Source of the DNA: Octopus sinensis | Lineage: Eukaryota | Length of the DNA: 64,000 nt | Reading direction: 5' to 3' | NCBI RefSeq assembly: GCF_006345805.1 | Contig: NC_043008.1 | Span: forward strand, 73,284,001-73,348,000 | Shown: in pieces, positions 12,830 through 26,579 of the stretch | Numbering within the stretch: the first letter of the stretch is position 1 | Layout of the letters: each line of letters begins with the position of its first letter | Translations under genes and position numbers: made by a program | The notes under the pieces: model-generated | Database searches by the model: none | Seen by the model: the letters and a program-made list of their open reading frames with translations, nothing else | What the model was told of the DNA's origin: nothing

Positions 12830-13070
12830 AGTTTTGTGGCTCACTTGTGCAGTATTTGGGGATCATTTGTGAAGTGTTTGTGGATCAGTTGTGGTGTATT
12901 TGTGCACTAGTTACAAAGTATTTATGAGATATTTAAGGAAGCATTTGTGGAATATGTACGAAATATTTGTGGATTAATGGTGGAGAATTTTTGGATCACT
13001 TGTGGAATATTTGTGGATCGCTAGAGAATGCTTTTGGAAGAGCAGAGGAGTATTTGTGGATTAGATGTGG
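12830..13070. repeat. Degenerate ~22-bp minisatellite (AGTATTTGTGGATCA..TGTGG-like units)
   Basis: About ten diverged units containing TATTTGTGGA. Confidence 0.7.
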
Positions 13071-13850
13071 CTCAAATGCTGATAAGTTGATGAACAATAT
13101 CTGAATAATATATCTGATTGGTTTTTTTTTTCCTGAAAGAATCATGAGTCTCTGCAGAGACTAAAATGTTCTGAAAACCCAGAAGAAACTAAATTTTATG
13201 ATTTTCATGCTGATTATGGAGTAATGGAAGAAATATCGAAGATCTTAAAATAAATCAGAATTTCATAAAGGGAACATGAAACATTGTCACAATAATGTTG
13301 AATGTACTCTTGAGAGAAGATACATGTATCACAGCCTAGCACTATAAGAATATAAGATCTTGAGGGGACATCTTAATTCACAAAATAAACTGGTCACTGC
13401 AATTTAAAAACCAAGAAGTTTAATTTTCTATGTCTGATTTAATATTTCAAAAGCATTTGATGCAGCTGGCCTGATTAAGTAAATCTAAATCTGGGAGAAA
13501 AAGCAAATGAAAATTATAGACCAACAAAGATTCTTCCATTACTGATCAAAGTAAATGACAGCAAATGTAATGATGCCACAGTAACAATATTTGTGAGATG
13601 TTTAGATTGGAGAGGTGATTTTTTGTTAACGTAACAGTCCAAAGTGTCCCAAGCCTACATTTTGACATGTGTTAGGTTACACTCCCAATAAATACATACT
13701 GCAATAGTAATTATTGGTGTTTGCTATATGAATATATTTGTAATAAGAGTGGTCTTATTAATAACAAGCATAAGTACAATAGTATTAAGAACAATAACAG
13801 CATTATTGCCAACAGCAATAAGAGTATTAACAACAACAACTGGAGTATTA

Positions 13851-15109
13851 TAAGGGTGGACTGAAAAGTTTTTCAGCTGACTTCAAATGACTGATGCTGG
13901 CGCTATGAAATCTTGCATGCTTTAATTTAAAATCTTTTTATTAATAACTGCGTTGTTTCTAGGCGAACTGACATCTGACTCTTCAAATAAGAATTCAAAA
14001 GTAACTGGTAGCAACTTATCTTGAAAATGGACAAAATTTGGCATTGTGGTGTTCAGTAAAAGGGTTTAACTCCCAAGGACATTCATGCTAACATGATTGC
14101 TACATTAGGGATGATATTTTTACTTTATTGATAAAGTAAAAGTGGACAGCAGAATTTAGGAGTGAAAGAGAGAGTGTTGAAAGGGACCCATGGTCTGGAT
14201 GTCCTGCAATGGCTGCCAATGAGGATAACATTGATCCTGTTCTACATATAGTGATGGATGACAAACAATTTACTGTAAACCAAATAGTCAGTACTTTTAG
14301 CATATTCTGTGAGAGAGTTCAGATTATTCTTGACATGATGAATGCTTCTGATTAGTGGGTGCCACATCTTCCAACATCTGATCAACAGTGCACCAGGCTG
14401 ATCACATCATGGGAAAATCGGATATTGTTTGAGGACAATTCATTGGTTTCCTTGAACATATGTTGATCCAGGATGAGTATTGGATTCATCACTTTGAGCC
14501 AAGGACAAAGAAACAATCCATACTGTGAAAACACTCCTCCTCACCTGCTCCAAAGTAGACCAAGGTCGTTTCACGTATAGGGAAAGTGATGGCCTCAGGT
14601 TTTTGAGGTGCAAAAGACATTATATTTATTGACAATTTTCAAAGGGGGCCATGCCATCAATGGAGAGAACTATGCCAACTTGCTGAGGCAGTTATGAAAA
14701 GCTATGAAGACCAAACGTTCTGGAAAAACTGACGAAAGGGGTCGTGTCTCATCAGGATAATACCCTAGCTTACAAGTCCTTGCTTTCAATGACTGCTCTG
14801 CATGACTGTGGCTTTGAACTGATTGATCACCCTCCCTATTCTCCTGACTTGCCCCTGTCTGACAATCATGTTACATAACATGAGAAAACACTTGGCTGGT
14901 TCCCAGTATCACAGTGAGGATAAAGTAATATGGCCTGTTGATGACTTTGTAACCAACAGGATGAAAGCTTTTTCACCAATGGGATCCAAGCACTGCAACA
15001 CTAAAGTGATAAGTGTGTGTGGACTGCAAGGAGTTGAAAAATAAACCTCATTTGATCATATCCCATGAGAGTATCTTGATCAGCCTATGAACTTTTTGGC
15101 TGACCTTTG
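13851..15109 (+). mobile_element. Full-length decayed mariner (DD34D) transposon
   Basis: TA-flanked degenerate TIRs; transposase remnants from ATG 14027 to 15044 with WVPHL, DEYWIHHFEP, HQDN and HPPYSPDL motifs; many stops and frameshifts. Confidence 0.9.
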
Positions 15110-15123
15110 TAACAACAGCAACA

Positions 15124-15500
15124 GGGGGCACAATGGCCCAGTGGTTAGGGCAGCGGACTCGCGGTCATAGGATCGCGGTTTCGATTTCCAGACCGGGCGT
15201 TGTGAGTGTTTATTGAGCGAAAACACCTAAAGCTCCACGAGGCTCCGGCAGGGGATGGTGGTGATCCCTGCTGTACTCTTTCACCACAACTTTCTCTCAC
15301 TCTTACTTCCTGTTTCTGTTGTACCTGTATTTCAAAGGGCCGCCCTTGTCACTCTCTGTGTCACGCTGAATATCCCCGAGAACTACGTTAAGGGTACACG
15401 TGTCTGTGGAGTGCTCAGCCACTTACACGTTAATTTCACGAGCAGGCTGTTCCGTTGATTCGGATCAACCGGAACCCTCGTAGTCGTAGCCGACGGAGTG
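15124..15500 (+). mobile_element. Young tRNA-derived SINE (head B, body 2, tail X); a partial second copy follows at 15505-15675
   Basis: TGGCCCAGTGGTTAGGGCAGCGGACTCGCGGTC head with GGTTTCGATT B-box-like motif; CpGs retained; tail shared with the SINE at 4173. Confidence 0.9.
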
Positions 15501-17202
15501 AGAAAGGGCAGCGGACTACCAGTCGTAAGAACGTGGTTTCGATTCCCAGACCCAGCATTGTGAGTGTTTATTGAGCAAAAATACCTAAGCTCCATAAGGC
15601 TCCAGTGGGGAGGGGTGGTGAACCCCACTGTACTCTTTCACCACAACTTTCTCTCACTCTTTCTTTCTACTTCTGTCACAAAGCATAGTGTAACCCACTA
15701 TGGTGTGGTAAACTTTCAGACCTTAGTCTAGATTGTGAATCCTTTGTACCTCAGGATGGTTCAGCTCTCCACCCAACCCATCAAAAGCCACCATTAACGG
15801 AATGAGGATAACAACATAGCTTTTGTGCCCATGCAACTGTGTGGTGGGTGGATCTTCACGATGCCACACGCATTCTTAGCAGCTTAGAGTAGACTCGAAT
15901 TAGAGATTATTCTTTGTGGCTACTGGCATGAGTCATGATTGGGAGAAGAAGAAGAAGAAGAAGAAGAAATCAACAACAGTAGTATTAACAATGTTAATGG
16001 TATCAACAATTACAGTAGTATGAGTAACAGCAGCAGTATTCACAGCAGCAATAGTATTAATAACTGATCCATTTATATAAACAACATAGAGATTGCAAAC
16101 ATTATAGTTTTAACACTAATGATAGTAATAGCAACTAGAGTGTTATTTCTCATGTGATGGATACCTTTAGAAATATACGTTTGCCACCTTGAGTAATATC
16201 AGAATATATGGCATTCATACAATAATTGCAATTTAACTTATATACAGAATTTCTTGGTGATTATACAAATGATAAATGAATACTAGTTTCCAAAAGAAAA
16301 ATATTTACCTTAAAATTAAAGTCTGTGTGAGTATGTAATGTTTGTATATGTATGCTTACATGTATATGTATGTTTACATGTATATTTGCAAATGTATGTT
16401 GTATGTGTATTTGCATATACGTTTATATATTTGAATGAGTCTATATTAATACACATGTTGCTCACACAAACACACACAAATATTTCAGAATGCATCTCTG
16501 TTTATTTCTATCTTATATGAACACATTTCTTTGTTTACATTATATATGAAGATATTTTTATGCTTATTCATCTCTATAAAACTTGTTATTGTTTTATATT
16601 TCAAACTGAAATACACTTTCAATTGATGACTCTTGTCTTTATTACACTGTTTTCATTGTTTTTCAAACAACTTTTCTAATATGATATGCTTTAAGCGCTT
16701 CCATAATAAGTTTATGAATGATTGTCTCTCTCTTCTGTCTATCTCTCTATCTATCCTTTTCCTCTCTTCCCTCTACCTGTTTTTTCCTTTCATCATATTT
16801 TTCCTTTACCTCTCATCTTCTCACCCAACTCTCTCTCACCTCTCCCTTTTATCACCTCAACTTTGTCTTATAATGGTTATTTCTGTTATATTATTTATGC
16901 TCTATTATACTGTTTGGAACTGTTTGCTTTCTTTCCTCATTCTTTCTCTCTTTCACTCACCAACTATTTGACATTTACTCCTCTTCCTTCTCTGTTAATG
17001 ATTATTTTCCTCTGTGCGTGCATGCATGCAAGTGTGTGTGCAGTGCTCTTTACTCATTGCTTGTCACCAAGGCAAGTATTTGCACTTATGCTGCACCTTC
17101 TTATGTTTGCTACCTCTCTCTCTCTCTCTCTCTATCCCTCTCTATATGATATAAGGCATGACTTTAAAAACCAACGAACCAACCAACGAACCAGCATTTA
17201 TG

Positions 17203-17954
17203 ATCATCATCATCATCATCGTTTAACGTCCGCTTTCCATGCTAGCATGGGTTGGACGGTTCAACTGGGGTCTGGCAAGCCCGAAGGCTGCACCAGGCCA
17301 GTCAGATCTGGCAGTGTTTCTACAGCTGGATGCCCTTCCTAACGCCAACCACTCCGAGAGTGTAGTGGGTGATTTTATGTGCCACCGACACAGGTGCCAG
17401 ACGAGGCTGGCAGACGGCCACGCTCGGATGGTGTTATTTATGTGCCACCGACACAGGTGCCAGACGAGGCTGGCTGACGGCCACGCTCGGATGGTGTTTT
17501 CTTATGTGTCACCGACACAGGTGCCAGACGGGGCTGGCGGACGGCCACGCTCGGATGGTGTTTGTTACGTGCCCTCAGCACGGAGGCCAGTCGTTGCGGT
17601 ACTGGCTACGATCACGTTCGGATGGTTTTCTTATGTGCCACCGGCACTGGTACCACAAGGATACAAATTCCATTGATGTTCATCTATTTTGATTTGGTTC
17701 GATTTGATTTGATTTGATTCGATTCGATTCTCACTTGCCTCAACAGGTCTTCACAAGTGTCACAAGAAGGAAGGTATGCACAGGTGGACTGACTACGTCC
17801 CAGGTAGGGGCCACGGATTATGGCTTCACTAGTCTTGCCGGGTCTTCTCACGCACAGCATACTTCCATAGGTCTCGGTCTCTAGTCATTTCCATGGTGAG
17901 ACCTAACGTCCGAAGGTCGTGCTTCACCACTTCGTCCCAGGTTTTCCTGGGTCT
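17203..17954 (-). mobile_element. 5'-truncated RTE LINE copy (end of ORF plus 3'UTR with 63-bp tandem units)
   Basis: Minus strand encodes RPRKTWDEVVKHDLRTLGLTMEMTRDRDLWK, nearly identical to the end of ORF 28941-31319; same terminal CCATGCTAGCATGG hairpin and (GAT)n tail. Confidence 0.93.
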
Positions 17955-18155
17955 TGCTATTATACAGAGATAGCAATAATAGTGTTAACAATGGCAGCAT
18001 TAACCATAATAATAATAGTAAACCAGAGTAGTAGTAAGAACAGAATATACAGTCATAGTAACACTAATATTAACAACTTTAGTATTACCACAAGCACTGT
18101 CTGTAAGTATAGCAATAGTAGTGACAAGGATATCTATTACTACTACTATCAGAAC

Positions 18156-18186
<31 letters not shown>

Positions 18187-18350
18187 ATAGTAGTAGTAGT
18201 AGTAGTAGTAGTAGTAGCAGTAGCAGCAGGAGTGGAGGTGGTGGAGGGGAGGAGAGAAGGAAAGGAGGAGGGGATGAGGGGATGAGGGGGAGAGGGGGAG
18301 AGGAAGAGGTGGTGGTGGAGGAGGAGGTGGAGGAAGAGGAGCTGGAAGGA
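18156..18350. repeat. (AGT)n microsatellite followed by a GA-rich low-complexity tract
   Basis: Directly visible. Confidence 0.9.
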
Positions 18351-18379
18351 CAATGAGGACATCAAGAGCAACACCAAAC

Positions 18380-18585
18380 TTGCCAGGCGATATACTTAAC
18401 AGTATTTCGTCTGTCGTTACATTCTGAGTTCAAATTCCACCGAGGTTGACTTTGCCTTTCATCCTTTCAGGATCAATTAAATAAGTATCAGTTACACACT
18501 GGAGTTGATGTAATCGACTTAATCCTTTGTCTGTCCTTGTTTGTCCCCTCTATGTTTAGCCCCCTGTGGGTAATAAAGAAATAAA
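18380..18585 (+). mobile_element. SINE, GTTCTGAGTTCAAATTCC family, 5'-truncated
   Basis: Closely matches 38148-38372, including the TGTTTGTCCCCTCTATG tail. Confidence 0.85.
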
Positions 18586-19884
18586 TATTAGCAAGCAATC
18601 CCACAATCACATTTCCAACTAAACAGATAAACATTTATACTGTTGTGATGTCATACAAACACCTACTCCTGCGGGTAATTGAACAAACCTTTATGGAAGT
18701 CTCTAAATGGTAATCTGATATACCAGAAACAGCAGTCAAATCTTCCACAAATTACACATCTTTCTTTCTTAAAATGGATAAAATGATTAAAATAATTTGG
18801 GTTACATTATTTTTGTATATGCATCAAGGTTGGTCATGGTTTGATTGGCTTTGATCAGACTGACCTGGCTCAAAAATGCAATAACCCTAGAACAAGCAGA
18901 AACTACCAAACTACGTAAGAGGTTGAAGAATGTTTATTTCTTAGAAAGAAAGGTGAGAGCTTACAAAGAGATAGATTGACAGAGAGAAAGAAAAGGGGAA
19001 AAGAGAGATGGGAGAGAAAAGGAGAGGAAAGAGAAAGGGAGAAAAAGAGAGAAAGAGAGTGTTATAAAGTAGTGTGGAATAAAATATCAGAGAATAGAAT
19101 ATGAGATATTGATAAATATAAGGTTCCATAAATTGATAAATGCCTTACAATGCCAGCCACATAACCTTCATAACAGGACAACATACATTACACAGTATTG
19201 ATTTTAGCATAAAATCAATGGTAAGAGAAGAAACTCTGAAATTTTTCATTGAGGAAAAAGGATTTTAAAGTTTGAATTGGATTTGTAAAGTTTCTGGGTT
19301 ATACTTAGCACCATAAGAGGTTTAAGTGTCATATTTTAAACCTATTTCATTTCTTTTTTTTTTTATAAGTTCAACCTTAGAACTATTTAGATATAGAAGA
19401 AATGTTTTTCTGAGGTTTTTTGTAGCTCTCATAACATTTGTGTCAGATAAATTATTGTGATATTGATGAAAACCTAATAAAAACTTAGAACATTTCTTGA
19501 GCAGCAAGTGACAAAAATGTTTGAAATTGATAGAAAACGTAGGTATAGAAAGGGGAGTTGAGTGGACACAATACGAAGAATGTGAAGAAAAATATGTGTG
19601 AGTCAGGTAAGGTAGAGTGTAGGTGGTACAACACCAAATTCTAAGAAACGAGTGGCACTGTAGTAGATTTAAAAAGTCTAAGTGCTGGAAAGTGTTGACA
19701 TTAGACTTCCTTAGACCCAACTTCTTTGTACCTATCTTATTAATTAACTCCAGATATATGAAAAGCAAAGTGTATCTGGCTAACAAATATCCTAGGGACA
19801 TTGTCTTTGTTCAATACTCTATCATTCCTACAAACCACCTTTTTGATTTTTTCTTTTGATAAATATGTTTATGTTTCTCTTGCG

Positions 19885-20806
19885 GCAAATGCTTAAAGAG
19901 GATGGCACCAGTGGAAGAAGGAGACCCAGAAAGACATGGTTTAATGTAGTGAGGGCTTATCTCAAGATGCTGGACCTCATAAAGAATAAGACAATGGACT
20001 GAGATGTCTGGCAATATGAGGTTCTTGAGAAGACCCATCCACTTCAGCAGAACTGCATTCTGGAAGTGCAGTGTAACCCACCAGCATGTAACATTAATTC
20101 ACACACCCTACCTCTAGTGAACCATACTATATCTCCTCTTCCTCTCCTCTTCTTCATGCACTACAGCCCAATATTGTCTTTCTCCCCACTCCTACAGCCC
20201 AATATTGTCTTTCTCCCCACTCCTACAGCCCAATCTTGTCTTTCTCTCTACCAGCTTTATCATTGCTATATAGCTGCTCCTCTCTTCAGACACAGTATGT
20301 TTCACCACTTACTCCATTTCTCCAACCCTTTTGTACTTTTGTGTACTTCCTACTCATGCTCTTTGGGCAATCCTTTACCTTTCCATTTACACCCTTGTAC
20401 ATTAAGAGTATATCCACTGTCTCTCTTGCTCTTACTTACTCTCTCTCTCTCTCTCTCTTTCTCACTCACTCTGACTGAGGTAACCATATATCTCCTCTAA
20501 ACTAAGACACTTGTTTTTTTCCCCCTGTCAAGCTCTTACTCATCCTCTGGCACAAAGCCACCTCCCTCAATACTACTCCTTCTCTCAGTTTAAGGATCCT
20601 TTTCTTGCAAGTTACTTGGTAACTTCACCAGTGCTGCTGCCACATAAAAACACTCAGTCCACTCTGCAAAGTAGTCTAGCCATAAGAAACTATGCCAACA
20701 TAGAGAGTGGAGTTTGGCACCGGCCTCTGATTTACCAGCTGCTGTCAAACCATCCTGCCTATGCCAGCATGGAAGACAGATGTTAAAAGACGATGGTGAT
20801 GATGAT
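19885..20806 (+). mobile_element. Old 5'-truncated RTE LINE (different subfamily)
   Basis: GTSGRRRPRKTWFNVVRAYLKMLDL resembles the RTE ORF end; ends with ATGCCAGCATGGAA..GATGTTAAA and (GAT)n; internal ~31-bp tandem duplication at 20161-20232. Confidence 0.7.
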
Positions 20807-21926
20807 ATATGTGTGTATGTATATGTATGGACGTATGTATGTGTATACACACTTACACACACACACACACACAAATATGCCTTCTCTAGCTTCTGGAGTT
20901 AAATTTTTAGATGATCTGGTTTTAGCATGGAATACTAAATTAAACTTCTCTTGTGGTATATCTTGATGAGGTAAGAGATCCACCAGTCTCATTAGTCTTG
21001 AGATAAACCACACATATTCAAAGCCTTAGATGACCTTTGTCATGCTATGCACTAAGATTTAAAGAACTCTCTACCACTGCCTGAAAGAGATTAATGATCT
21101 ATCCTGAGAAAGAGTCTACTCTCACGTGTCTAAAGGTATGACACTGAATTTAGGTGCATTTCGTTATGCATCACATTGTGGTTTGCAGACATTTTATAAA
21201 GTGAAAAATCAGCAGTAATAATGTAATTTGAAATAGAGAAGAGAGAGAGAGGGAGAGAGCAATGAAACTGAAGAGTATCAGTATCAGAACATTATGTTAA
21301 TTCAACTTTCTATTCTGAAGAGTATTTTCATAAAATACATGACAAATGTTTGCCCCCAAAGTATGAAAGAAAATAATTATCTGTTATCTGAAGTGTTAGC
21401 TTTGATAGATTCTTTAGAAGAAATTTAAGTTGTTTTTTCTTTCCTTCCTTTTTCACTATCCAACATATTAAATCAGAAAAAAAAAGTAACGAAATAGCAA
21501 AAATCTTTACTGCCATGTTGCTTCTTTATTGAACAACTTCAAAATGTTATTCTAAAAACTTGGATGAAGATGTAACGAACGAATTGAACAGAATTAATGG
21601 CTGAAATATTCAGGAATATTCTTGTAGGCGGCGCCACATGAAATGTAGTTATTGTAACACAACCTAATGATCACAGCTGGATATTTCAAATGTCTCTTAA
21701 GAGAACGGAGATTACTTCATCACATATTTCTTACTTCTTGATTTCTTACGATCGATCTCCAAACACAAGGCAAAGCACACAGAAGTGTATTATGATTTTG
21801 TACTTTGTACATTCACTAGAAAGTTCCTCTACCATTTGAACTAAGCCAAGTACTATGATACCACACTAGTACCCACTTCCCAGTAGATTCACCTACTCTT
21901 TCCTAATATGTATATGCGTGTGTGTA

Positions 21927-21962
<36 letters not shown>

Positions 21963-22289
21963 AAGCCGAAACAAATTATGGAACCTGGTGTAGCCTCTGG
22001 CCTTACCAGTTCTTGTCAAACCTTCTAGCCTATCACAGCGTAGAAAACAGATGCTAAATGGTGAAGATGATGATAATGATGATGATGATGATGATGATGA
22101 TTAGGAGGAGAAGGAGGAGGAGGAGAAGGATATAAAACTGCATCTAGTAGTGAGGCTCCAGCTTGGAAGTTCTAGAATTAAGGAGAGCATGGAATCCCCC
22201 CTCAGTTACCATGAATCCCAGGTTCGCTTTGGTCTGGAATGGTAGCGCCTGTCAGCATCCCATCTATGGATGAAATAAATTTCCTAGAG

Positions 22290-23360
22290 TAGGCTGCCAT
22301 TGTTTTTGACAGTGAAGACAGTTCTTCTAGAAAGATAGATAATCTAACATTAAAGACTGTGTTCGATTTGATCTCAGAATTGGTTTGGATAAAACAAAAG
22401 GGATGTTTACACCTGCACCTGGTGAGCAGGACACTGAAACAAATATTTGTAGTCATAGAAGATTGGAAATCATAAAGTCTTTGTTGTATTTTGGTTGCAC
22501 CCTGTCAAAGGATGGATGCTCAAAAACTAAAATGTATCTGAGAATACAGAATGTAAGCACTGCATTTGGGGCACACTGGACAGAAGAGTGTGTTCAAACA
22601 GACGCATTACCTTTCAGATAAAAACAGGTGTCTATGAAGCTTGCATCATAACCACCCAACTGTGGGGCAGTGAGATATGGACAGCTTACTAGAACCATCT
22701 GAAATTACTTGAGAGATTCCATAAGAAATGGTTTAGGTGAATTCTGGGTGTGAAGTGGAGAAGTATAATACCAACCAATGAAATATTCAAGAAATCTGGT
22801 TACTCAACTAGTTTGTCATTTGCAGTTAAAAACCAGATGTGCTGGGTGGGTAACCTCTTGTAAATGAAAGATGAAAAGTTCCTAAAGAAAGTTTTTAATG
22901 GTGCATTAGTGCAAGGAAGAAAAATCACAACATAAACCCAGGTAAAGTTTGAGAGACTGCATCAAAGAGAACTTGAAGGTTATGAGAACTGATTCAATCA
23001 TCTGGAAGAAGAAGCACTGGATCAATCAAATTGGAGAACTATGATTGTGTCAGTGTGTAAAATGTTGAATGAAGAATGAGTGATGCATGCAAAACTATAG
23101 AGAGCTCTAAGCAAATGGGAATAAGCTGACATTATTAACACAAGTAAATGGAACTGTAATGTTTGTTAACGTGTCGTTTTCAGCAAATCAGGCTAAGTAA
23201 ACAACCTGAAGGCCCATGAGAATCAACAGGCACTAACAGATTGTGTGGCAGCACTTCCAGTGCCTGCAGGCACCACCATATGTCCAGTCTGCAACAAAAC
23301 ATGCAAGACCAATCCTGGTCTAAAAATGCTACTTAAAGTGCTGCAAACTAACGAAATTGA
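22290..23360 (+). mobile_element. Decayed RTE (BovB-like) LINE 3' fragment with two C-terminal C2H2-like zinc fingers
   Basis: DKTKGMFTPAPG, YFGCTLSKDG, WGSEIWTAY, LLERFHKKW motifs; then CNVC*RVVFSKSG..NLKAH and CPVCNKTCKTNPGLK. Confidence 0.8.
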
Positions 23361-23444
23361 TCCTTTTAAAGCTTGAGTTAAAAGTGTGTGGAGTTTATTA
23401 TAATTATATAACTAGTTTATTATAATTATGTACTCATGTGTTTG

Positions 23445-23778
23445 TGAAGGTACATGGCTCAGTGGTTAGAGCATCGAGCTTACGATCATGAGGTTGTGAG
23501 TTCGATTCCTGGACTGAGCTGCATGTTGTGTTTTTGAGCAAGACACTTTATTTCATGTTGCTCCAGTTTACTCAGCTGTAGAAATGAGTTGCGACGTCAC
23601 AGGTGCCAAGATGTATCGCTGTTGCTTTCCCTTGGATAACACTGGTGGCGTGGAGAGGGGAGGCCGGTATGCATGGGCGACTGCTGGTCTTCCCTAAATA
23701 ACCTTGCCCGGACTTGTGCCTGGGCGGGTAACTTTCTAGGTTCAATCCTATGGTCAGTCATGACTGAAGGGGGTCCCA
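23445..23778 (+). mobile_element. tRNA-derived SINE (head A, body 1, tail Y)
   Basis: TGGCTCAGTGGTTAGAGC and GAGTTCGATTCC boxes; 13-bp TSD ACTCATGTGTTTG at 23432-23444 and 23779-23791. Confidence 0.92.
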
Positions 23779-24087
23779 ACTCATGTGTTTGGGTTACTCA
23801 TTAAATCACACAAATAAGTGAAATTTAGCAATTTTCCTAAAAATACCGGCTAAATCCAATTATGATTGTAACAATTCTTTATCAGGTCCGGCTTCTTGTA
23901 TGGCCTGCAGATTAAGTTTGAAAGACTCAGTTAAATGGCATATTTATAAAAATATGATCACAAAGACATACTTATCGATTAAAAGTATCTTGGTTTGATT
24001 TTTGGTCATACTATGCTTCTGAAATGTCTCTCATGAGACCCCAGTAGTAGTCAGTAGACATGCCAGGGTTCTAGTTTCCTTGAAATA

Positions 24088-24970
24088 TTGAGTCATCTCA
24101 TAAATAATGTATTTTTGTCGATGACATAAACTAAAAGTCAGACGGGAATGGGATAAACTATCTGCATCAACTTGCTATAAAAGCACGTAGTAATTTTATC
24201 TTGTCCTTATTCTTAGTGCAAGTTTGGAAGAGTGTAGTTCGATTTTAACAGTTATTTATTCAAAGCTATAATGAAAGTGGCAAAGGAGCATATTCAGCAT
24301 ATTTTGCTTTATGACAGAAAGTGTGAGAAATATTAATGCAGTATATGAGGATTGGACAGTTAGCGTAAGCCAGTGTCAACAGTGGTTCCATAAATTCTGA
24401 GCCAGAAACTACAGCCAAGAAGATGAGCATTGTCATCGAAGATCTTTAGAGCACAACAAGGATGTCCTGCAAACTTTGATGGAGCAAAATCTCATCGTAG
24501 CTGTTGAGGAACTAGCAGAGGAACTTGGATTTAGTCATTCAAGTCAGCACTAGAAGAAAAATGACCATCTTTTTCAAAATGAAAAGTGTTATTCCATCAG
24601 GATAATGCTCAGCCACATACTACAAAGATGACATTCCAAAGGCTGGAGTAGTTTGAATGGGAAACGTGCCCAACCCATCATATTTGCTGGACATTGCCCC
24701 ATCTGATAATCATTTATTCTATAGTCATCAAAATCATTTGGATGATAAAAATATGAATTCTGTAGATGAGGTCAGAACAGTACTGAAGGAGTATTTTTTT
24801 CATGGAGAAAAGTATTTTAGAAAAGGGTCCTTGCAAGTCAACCAGATAGATGGAAGAGCATTGTAGAAACTGAAGGAGAGTACATGTTAGATTAAAAAAA
24901 TACTTCGTTTATTTTAATTTTGAAAAATAGCAGAAGTTTAAAAAAACGCATTATCTATGGGATGACCTAA
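24088..24970 (+). mobile_element. Internally deleted mariner transposon
   Basis: TA-flanked TIRs (TTGAGTCATCTCATAAATAATG / CATTATCTATGGGATGACCTAA); transposase remnants MKVAKEHIQHILLY, FHQDNAQPH, DIAPSDNHLF. Confidence 0.88.
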
Positions 24971-25029
24971 TACTTTTTTTTACGAGAAATATATATCCTA
25001 TATCCTTAGGGAAACACTCATCATATTTG

Positions 25030-26380
25030 TGATGTAATGTACACGTATTATCTGGAACAAAAATCCAGGAGAGAGTGAAAAGAGTGTCCCTTGAATAATA
25101 TGTTACACAGCATTATTTGGTGAGAAGCTCATCTAATATTTCAGAATAACTTTAGTGCTTGGGATTTCCCTGAAAGATTTTGCATACACCTTTGATACTA
25201 TGCCACACAGCTTTGTCAATTCTCTTTCACATGGTTTATCTTTTCATAATTCTCTGCTCCCAGGACCTACAAAAATGCCATCTGAAACACTGATGTGAGG
25301 AAACCTGTTTCTCTATATTTGAACCAGTTTATTCTTTAGCCATCACTTTAACAAAGTGTGTCATGAGTTCAGGCTTAATGTGTAATGGAGGAAGAAGATT
25401 TGTCAGGATCAGCCTGTGAACTGTTCAAAACATTCTTCTTGCTTGGAAAATATGAAGTTTCTTTTGACCAATTCTTTTGACTGTAGTGGTTTTACTTGTT
25501 CCAGTTGTCCCATTTACATAAAAATCAACAGCAATTGTTGTAACCTAGAAGAAACCCTGAAAAAAAAAAGTTAAAACCTTCACATCTCCACAGATATTCT
25601 ATTTATATTTCTGAAATTGAAGCTTTTCTCAAAGCAACATCATATTGTCATATGTTAACAGCATTTGCAATACATACAAAAGGGAAATTCCATCATTTCT
25701 GTTATAAAGAATGACTACTTTAAAACTGAATTTTGAGGAATCAATGAACAATTCCCATTCTATGATATTATGTTCAGAATCAAAAGCTCTATAACTGAAT
25801 TCACATCTATATAAGGCACACAAGTCTATTTCCATGGATGAAGCATTCTTTGAGTTGATTATGTCAGTTGTAGAAAACAAACTTTAATATCACATTGCAG
25901 TAAATTCCAGCCCTTTAATCTTGAAACTTGCAGTTCAGCATACATCTCAGATGAATTCAAATCATGAAGTAATTCGAATCTAGAGGCAGTAAATGTTCAT
26001 TGTACAGAGCTAGACTTGAATGTGGGATCAAAACTGATTTCATCAATTTCCCAGTGAAATTTTCCAGTTTTCATTACTCAAAACTTAAAGGAAATTTTCA
26101 GGAAGATTTTGTACTGAAAGTTTAGCAATGCATGAACCTGGTCTTATCATAGATGGTAGATTAGAGTACTTAAGCTCTTTATTTCTGAAGTGATCCCTTT
26201 TGTACTCACAAAGCAGGAATATCAGTTTATTGTATGATATTTTAGTTCCTTCAAAATTACTGTAATAGAAGATAAAATGTAACATGAAAGACTGTTCAGC
26301 TTTTCTTTAGTAGTCCTTTATGTCACTGAACAAATGAAAAAGAGCAAACATTACACCTGGTTAACCATTAACACCCAAAA
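25030..26380 (-). mobile_element. Decayed Chapaev (CMC superfamily) transposase
   Basis: Minus-strand motifs KYSNLPSMIRP, EWELFIDSSKFS, ICGDVKV, FLCKWD, LPPLHIK and GIFVGP occur in the order I recall for Chapaev3-type transposases. Confidence 0.8.
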
Positions 26381-26579
26381 TAAAGTTTAAAACACATTTT
26401 TCAGTAAAAGTTAAGATTCTTGAAATTTAAACTTCAAGTTGCAACCTGTACAGTCTACTGCCCTAATCAAATTTATAATGCACACATTATCAGAGTTTTC
26501 TTCCAAAAATGAATAACTCATATTTAAATTTGACAAATAAATTTACACTCTATAGGTATTAATATTAAAATGTTTGTTG

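Noticed and set aside
15124-15200. tRNA gene
   Set aside because: The tRNA-like head runs straight into a SINE body found in several copies; there is no proper acceptor stem or Pol III terminator.
17377-17650. CRISPR array
   Set aside because: Eukaryotic context, no cas genes, spacers similar to each other, and it lies in a LINE 3'UTR.
17919-18356. Ser/Gly/Glu-rich 145-aa ORF
   Set aside because: It derives from an RTE end plus (AGT)n and GA-rich simple repeats.
21328-21516. ORF MAVKIFAISLLFF... with a good Kozak context
   Set aside because: Short, no clear donor site or recognisable domain; insufficient support.
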